Shown: piece after piece, positions 57,618 through 64,000 of the stretch
How positions within the stretch are numbered: position 1 is the first letter of the stretch
How the letters are laid out: every line of letters starts with the position of its first letter
Source of the DNA: Rhodosorus marinus CCMP1338
Taxonomy: Eukaryota; Plantae; Rhodophyta
DNA: 64,000 bases
Assembly (NCBI GenBank): GCA_029953675.1
Contig: JAMWBK010000012.1
Span: forward strand, 62,001 to 126,000
Reading direction: 5' to 3'
Notes under the pieces: generated by a model
What the model was told of the DNA's origin: nothing
Database searches by the model: none
The model's input: only the letters and a program-made list of their open reading frames with translations
Made by a program: the position numbers and the translations under genes

Positions 57618-60600
57618 CTTTACTAGCATAGCCTGAAGCGCTACGCAAGGCGTGAAGATTAACTAATAACTAGGGAGGGAAGTATGCAACCCCAGGCGCC
57701 GATGGCGCGCCTCGGAAAGCATGTCGCTGGAATATCGCCAAAGGGAGACACTTAAACGCCTCAAGTGCGCCAAATATTCAGTAGGGTGCTCAGCAAAACA
57801 TTTCCGCAACCACTCTAAACCCGACTTATCCACGTGACCAAAGCTTTCCACAATGAATGGCTGGAACCGGTGAGAGCGACCCTCAGCGCAAGGCAGACTG
57901 GCCATGCTCTCAGCATACCGTCGTTCCTTAACTCTTCGAAGGGCTGAAGCCGCGGCCCCCCGGCGGCGGGCGGCTGCGGTGAGGTGGGCGCTGGCCACGG
58001 GGCAGGTAATCGCAAGGTCCACATATGTTGAGCGTCTGGCAGCAGCGTCGGAGACGAGGAGATCGGCTATACAACGGGGCGGTGCAGAGTCCGAGATGGA
58101 TCTGGGCAGTTCCGACTCAACCTCAACCGTCTGCCCTATCCGAGTCAAAAATTCGCTGAGGATGTACTTGAGGCGAGTGTGACGCCTCGTACGGAGACCT
58201 CTCAACAGTCCGCAGGAACCCAGGAAGTGGTAGCCACAAGCGTCAATCCGGCTCTCACATCCCTGACAGAAAGACGGCCGATTAGAGTGCCACGGAGCCT
58301 GTGGCAAACCGAGATAGATCCGTGCGGCAGAACGGAAATGGAAAGCATCGAGACGATGAATCAATGACGACGGTAGAGTGGTTAACCACAAGTGCGAGAG
58401 GTGGCCTCCCATGCCGCGGAGACGAGCGGCAGTGGTAGGCGGCGTGAGAGGAGAATTGAGCATGACTGTGTGAGCGGCACTGTGTTGGCCCCAGGTGAGG
58501 CTATGTTGAATCACATCAGTGCGGGAGCTCCACAATCGGCTCAAACCCGGGTAGTCTGCAACAGGTGACCCGGGGGCTAGCCTCTCCGTCATCGGCAAGA
58601 ACTCGGTCGAGGGGAGAATCCTCAATCGCTTCAGCTCGTCCCCATAACAGCTCCCCCCAGGAACGAAAGCGGGACCGATTTGCGTCCGGCACGGCGTTGC
58701 ACCTCCTGAACGCGTTTTGAAGACCATCATAAATTGTCAAAAGCGGGGGCGGCAGGGTCACTGGATCCTCGTTGGTCAAAGCTCGAGCCAAGAGGCAGGC
58801 ACTTCGCATCTGGAAGGTCACCAACGTTCGCAGCGCGGTAGCCCAGGAGGCAACCGCCGCTGGCGAGCATACCAGCCCACGGTATGCGACGCCGAATCCC
58901 CCTAATCGCAACGGTAGAGCGATCTGTTCACGAATCAAGTCCCTGTCGGGAGCAGCTTCAAGATCGAGGGGCTCATCCAAGAGCGTTCCCCAGTGTTGCA
59001 GGGTCATCTCGTCGGCTTTAGCCGCGATCCACGAACGCCAAGCTGGAGGCAGGCTGCGCAACCAGTAGTTGAGTCTGGGACCGGCACAAAAGCGGGAAAG
59101 CAAGCAGGCCGATTGCAGCATGCTGTCGGGTAGGTGCTCAATGGCGTCGGTGAGTTGCTTGTGCCGTGCCAAAACTCGCTCGCAGGATGCTTGGACAAAG
59201 TTGTCAGTCCCCAATCCGACGCCGTGGTGTTCGAACCCTTCACGTTCGCTGATTAGTCGCAGAGTGGGTGGCAGAGAGGCCAGCGACACGTCCCTCGGGA
59301 GGAGAAAGCGACATTTTTCTGTTTCCACAGTCAAACCGACGCGACGTGCAATCGCTTCGATCTCGGTCAGCCCCCTAGCCAGGGTCTCAGGGGTGCCCAG
59401 CAATGTTACGTCATCGTGGTACGCGCAGATTCGAAGATCCGAGACCTCAGTCGAAAGACGTAAAAGTACGAGCTGTAGGGCACAGGCATGAAGAAGAGGT
59501 CCGCAAGGGTCGCCTTGTTGGACGCCAGTATGTGCTTGAAAAACAGTGCCCTCCGTTGTCAAGTAGGGGAGGCTCTCCCCTCCGTAAATACCCGATAGAA
59601 ACGGCCACGCCTCCGGAAACACCCGTCGGAGCACCTCTAGCGCATGCGTCCGCGACACGCTGTTGAATGCGTTCCGGAAATCAACCACCAAGACTTCCCA
59701 CTCCGGCCTACTGGCGCGTTCTAGCTCGATCCCATGGGTTATCAGTTCACAACCCCCAGAAACTCCCACCCCTACTTGCAAGGGCGCCATAAAAGCTGTG
59801 ACGCGCTGGCGAAGGCGCTGGCATAGCCACCTCCCGGCTAACTTCCGTAGGCTCTCCACCATCCCGATCGGCCGGAGATGCGGGTGGGCCGGCTGGTGGT
59901 CAGGTTTCGTGAGCAAGCAAAGCTGTGCCTGCCGGAGATGTTCCCATGGCGCAGACGCACCCGATACGCCCTGGAACAACTTGTTAAGGATCCTCAGAAG
60001 CGCGCTCTGGCCAGGCTGGCTCAGGGCCTGCAATAGCTCTGTTCTTAGTCCGGAGGGTCCGGGACAGCGTCCCCGACGCGAGGTACGAAGCAAATCCTCC
60101 AGGTCAGACTCACTGAGCGTCAGATCGATGCGAAACCTGGCCAACTCCGGACGGTCCAAGAATACCTCGAATTCAGGGGACAAGTCCACGTCGGACTCAG
60201 GGAACAAAGACGACACCGTCTGGGCGAGACTATCATCGTAGGGGAGGACAGGCGCCTGGCCCTCCAAAACCCGCGCCGCTCGACTTAAATCGCCCACTGC
60301 TACCAATTTCTGTACTCGAGCCGGCACGGGCGACACTGTGCCATGCCGAGTCCGACGGGCGGATGGTGCTGCCGACGCCAAATAGCTGCGCTGTAGTACT
60401 TCGAAGTCTCCCTTCAAGAACAGGACCAGTCGGTCTCGTACTCGCCATCTGCGCTCCGATGTGTGAATGGGGGCCAGAATCAGGCGCGGCATGACCCCCA
60501 GGAAAACCCAAATGACTGTGTCCCGAATGTTGCGAGCCAGGCTCGTGAAGATGAAATCGAGAATGGTTCCAGCTACTAGAAGGTCTCCACGAGGGAGGAC

Positions 60601-62435
60601 GACTGGGGGAATGCCCCCACGGAGGGGAAGCGAGCCTCGTTCCAAAGAGATCCACCGCCGGAGCCAACTCCGAAAATGCGTACGCCAAATGCCCCAGTCT
60701 CCGCCCTCCTTCAGGACATAGGACTTTAGATCCATAGGCTGCGACCGCGCAGCCGTGCCTGGAGCGCTAATCGTGCTTCTCCCCCTTAGACCCGGGGGAG
60801 TCGGTCCTCGCTCTCTTACCTCCTATCCGCACCAAAGTCGTGAGCCGCCCGTTCCGCGAGGCTCGCGGAACGGATCCCGCGGGCTTCAGCAAAGTAACCT
60901 GGGCGTCCTCCACCGCCATGCCCTCAGTCTGCTCCCCTGCCTCACCATTCTCGCTGGAAGTGGTGCTGGAAGCAGAGCCCTCCAAAAGCTCCAACCGCTG
61001 CAGCTCTGTCTTGTAGCGCGAAGTTAGCACAAGTCGCCTCTCCAGATCGAAGAAGCTGGACACCGCCATGCGCAGGTGACGAGGGCCCGACCGGAACCGC
61101 TCCAACAAGATCCTCTCAAGGCGCTGAATCCGTAGCCAATGGATCGCTGCCGCCTTCACGCTGCTCTCATGCTCAGAGAGCCCTGCCGTTTCTCCCGGAG
61201 ACAGGAAATTGCCCGAGAAACGGTCAAAATCGAAATGCAAAACCACCTGCGGGTTGCAGCGCAGCCACCGGGCGCTCTCAAGCCACTGCTCGGTAGGCTT
61301 CGCCAGCAAGGCCTCCGGGTACTTGGCGGCGGTTGCGGAGACCAAAAACAGCACATCGCGGCCCTCATAGTTTGCGAAGAAGAAATCACCCCGGCTGCAC
61401 CCTAACGATTCCGCAAAAGTGTCCCGGAAGTCTCGCATAGACGGAACCTGGCCTCGTGTAGTCTGGGGCCGGACATTTCGCACCCACAGAAATTGGAGAG
61501 TGGTCTCCACAGGCCATCCTAAGGCTCGCGAGATGGTAGGAAACGGAGCATAGCCGCCGTACGTGTGGCAATGGTGCCCTTCCGCAAGACTGAGGCGTAC
61601 GAAGCCCCCCCCTTGCGGCCACCACGTGCCCCCGCAGTAGCCGGGAGCTGGTGACCACCTGAGGGCTGGTCCAAGAGAGGGAAGTCCACAGCTGCAGTTT
61701 CCTCCACACCGGTTTCCGCACAGTCACCACCACCATTGCCTCGAGTCCCCGAGCGCTGAGGCGCGTTTTGGCCCGGCCTGTCGCCCCCAACGTCGTACTG
61801 TCCCGCGCAGAAGCAACCGCCCTCGCCTGTCCCGGGACAGGTTCATGTTGATTGACCTGATGTTGACTGCCTTCAGCCAACGCTGCCACTCTGGTGCAAT
61901 TCAAATTCTCGTCCGAATTTGAATTTGACCTGGCCAGCAATCCCGATTCCAGCCCACCTAGCTTCTGGGTGAGCTGAGGGAGCACTCCACGATCACTCGC
62001 AGCCGTGATCAGGCTGGTGACAGCGGAGATAAGTGCACGCGCCTGGGTGCCAGAAGCGCCTTCCAAGTCAACTTCGGAAGAAAACGTGCCGCAGCTGAGG
62101 CGAACACGGAGTCCCCCACCTGGCAGTGCCTCCTTGGGAGGAGGCTCCGTCGAGCGCGGACATATCCCTACCATCCTGAGGGAATGCGCAAAGGAAACGT
62201 TGCACCACCAATATGAAACCGCACGGAGAGAATAATCGACCAAACCCAACCCAAATAGGAAAGGCCCCGCAACACACCCACCCGGAAGACAGAAGTAGTT
62301 GCAAATGCAAACGACGCCCCGCGGAAAATCGAGGGGAAGGCGTACCAGAGGAAGCGCTTCCCGTAAATGAACACGCTCGCGACCGAAAGAGAAACAAAAC
62401 CCCAATCCTCAGCCAAACAAATTCCTGCAAACTTC
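57618..62435 (-). mobile_element. Family A full-length young copy (longest 5' end); ORF1 60767-62174, ORF2 57663-60735, with 1-nt indels
   Basis: Complete colinearity with the other copies; extra G near 58572; two ORF1 deletions near 61513 and 61787. Confidence 0.95.
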
Positions 62436-62764
62436 ACAACATCTTGGAACTTTTGCGGCGCTTAAGTGTCTCTCTGTGGCGATATTCGAGCAGCATGCTT
62501 GCCGAGGCGCGCCATCGGCGCCTGGGTTTGCACGCTTCTCTACCTAGTTCTTAGTTCCTTTTCACGGTTTGCGTAGCGCTGTAGGCTATGCTAATAAAGC
62601 CAGCCAGTAAAACCATCACTACAGTAAACGGAGACGGGTTTAGTATTCGTGAGGGTGTCCGGTGCTAGTTTCCGGTAGTTTTGCGTGGCAAGTGGGTTCT
62701 TCGGTGGGAGGCGCTTCTCTCTGCTGCCTTTCCCCCCGTTTTGGGGTTACGTTAGTCTGGGGTA

Positions 62765-63212
62765 CATCGCCACTTCAAAGGCATCAGTTGAGACATACGA
62801 GCTGGAACTGCGGGTATGCTGCGAAACAAGCCGAACATGCGAAGGCGTTGCGTTATAAGGAAGTGCTGAGGGGGCAAAACCGAGATGTGGTTCTTGTGCC
62901 GTTCATGTTTGAGACTTTTGGTCGAATGGGCCAGGCAAGCCTTGAATTTCTTCGAAGGGCGATCGCGCACCTGCATGATCGTGACTCCCATCTATTGTCG
63001 GTGAGGGGTCAACTAAACCGCATTTTGTGGCAGCACAATGCTGCGCTAGTTGAGCACGCGATCGAGAAAGATCGCGCAGATAGACCGATATTTCCCCTAA
63101 GTAGAATTTGGATGAGACTCCTGGACAGGGAGTCCAGGTTAGGTTAGTGCGTACGTAGTGATCGTGTGATGCGCTACACTAGGTAGCTGCCCAATAAAGG
63201 CTACGGGGTTAC
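62765..63212 (+). mobile_element. Family C 3' fragment
   Basis: Near-identical to 24547-24995, including the 3'UTR ending GGCTACGGGGTTA. Confidence 0.9.
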
Positions 63213-64000
63213 GAAGCCTGGCCATTAGCCTGCCCACCCGCGCCTACGGCCGATCGGTATGGTCGAGAGCCTACGGAAGCTAGCTGGAAGGTGGCTATGC
63301 CAGCGCCTTCGCTAACGGGTCACGGTTTTCATGGCGCCCTTGCAAGTGGGGGTGGTATTTTCGGGGGGTTGCGAATTGATCACCCATGGGATTGAGCTGG
63401 AGCGTGCCTGTAGGCCGGACTGGGGAGTCTTGGTGGTTGATTTTCGGAATGCATTCAACAGCGTCTCGCGGATGCATGCGTTGGAGGTGATCCGACGGGT
63501 TTTTCCGGAGGCGTGGCCCTTCCTCTCCGGTCTTTACGGAAGGGGGATCCTCCCCCACTGCACCAGGGAGGGCACTGTTTTCTAAGCACATACTGGAGTC
63601 CAACAAGCGGATCCTTGTGGGCCTCTACTTCATGCCTGTGCCTTGCACCTCGTTCTCCTGCGTCTAGCGACTGAGGTACCGGCTCTTCGTATCTACGCCT
63701 ATCACGACGACGTGACCTTGCTGGGCGCCCTTGAAACCCTGGCTCGGGGGTTGACCCAGATCGAAGCGATTGCACGTGGAGTAGGTCTGACGGTGGAACC
63801 CGAAAAGTGTAGTTTTCTCACTCCAAGTGAAGTTTCGGTGCCCTCTCTGCCATCTAATCTACGAACCATTGGCGAACGTGAAGGGTTAGAGCACCACGGC
63901 GTCGGTTTCGGGAACAATAACTTCGCCCAAGCCTCTTGCGGACGAGTTTTGACTCGGCACAAGCAGTTCACTGACGCCATTGAGCGCCTTCCAGACAGCA
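63213..64000 (+). mobile_element. Older family A subfamily RT region (runs off the window)
   Basis: MAPLQVGV..GGCELITHG, DFRNAFN, YHDD; contains stops. Confidence 0.9.

Overview
Eukaryotic nuclear DNA. The organism cannot be determined from the window; a compact algal or protist genome is plausible but is inference. Roughly half or more of the window is a nested pile-up of non-LTR retrotransposons with a reverse transcriptase plus a C-terminal restriction-like endonuclease (RLE), resembling the CRE/SLACS/Cnl1/MoTeR group. Three families are present. Family A has two ORFs, is about 4.8 kb, and occurs as five young copies plus many older subfamily fragments. Family B is seen only as 5'-truncated 3' ends. 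Family C has one ORF, is about 3.6 kb, and has a degenerate relative (D). Two Ty1/Copia remnants are also present. Six apparently intronless host genes sit between the elements: a SAM-dependent O-methyltransferase, a secreted sulfatase (plus a broken duplicate), two paralogous secreted beta-propeller-like proteins, and two paralogous secreted Cys/Tyr/Lys-rich proteins. The best candidate for an undescribed system is family A. It ends in a stem-loop plus a short AGT-based repeat tail. It inserts at A(G/C/T)T sites, twice demonstrably into the tails of older relatives, with 8-12 bp target-site duplications (TSDs). It also leaves tail-only 14-31 bp micro-insertions with TSDs, shows a probable template-jump chimera, uses a YHDD catalytic motif, and keeps a 31-nt hairpin spacer of fixed length between ORF1 and ORF2 across diverged subfamilies. 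All alignments were done by eye; no searches were run.
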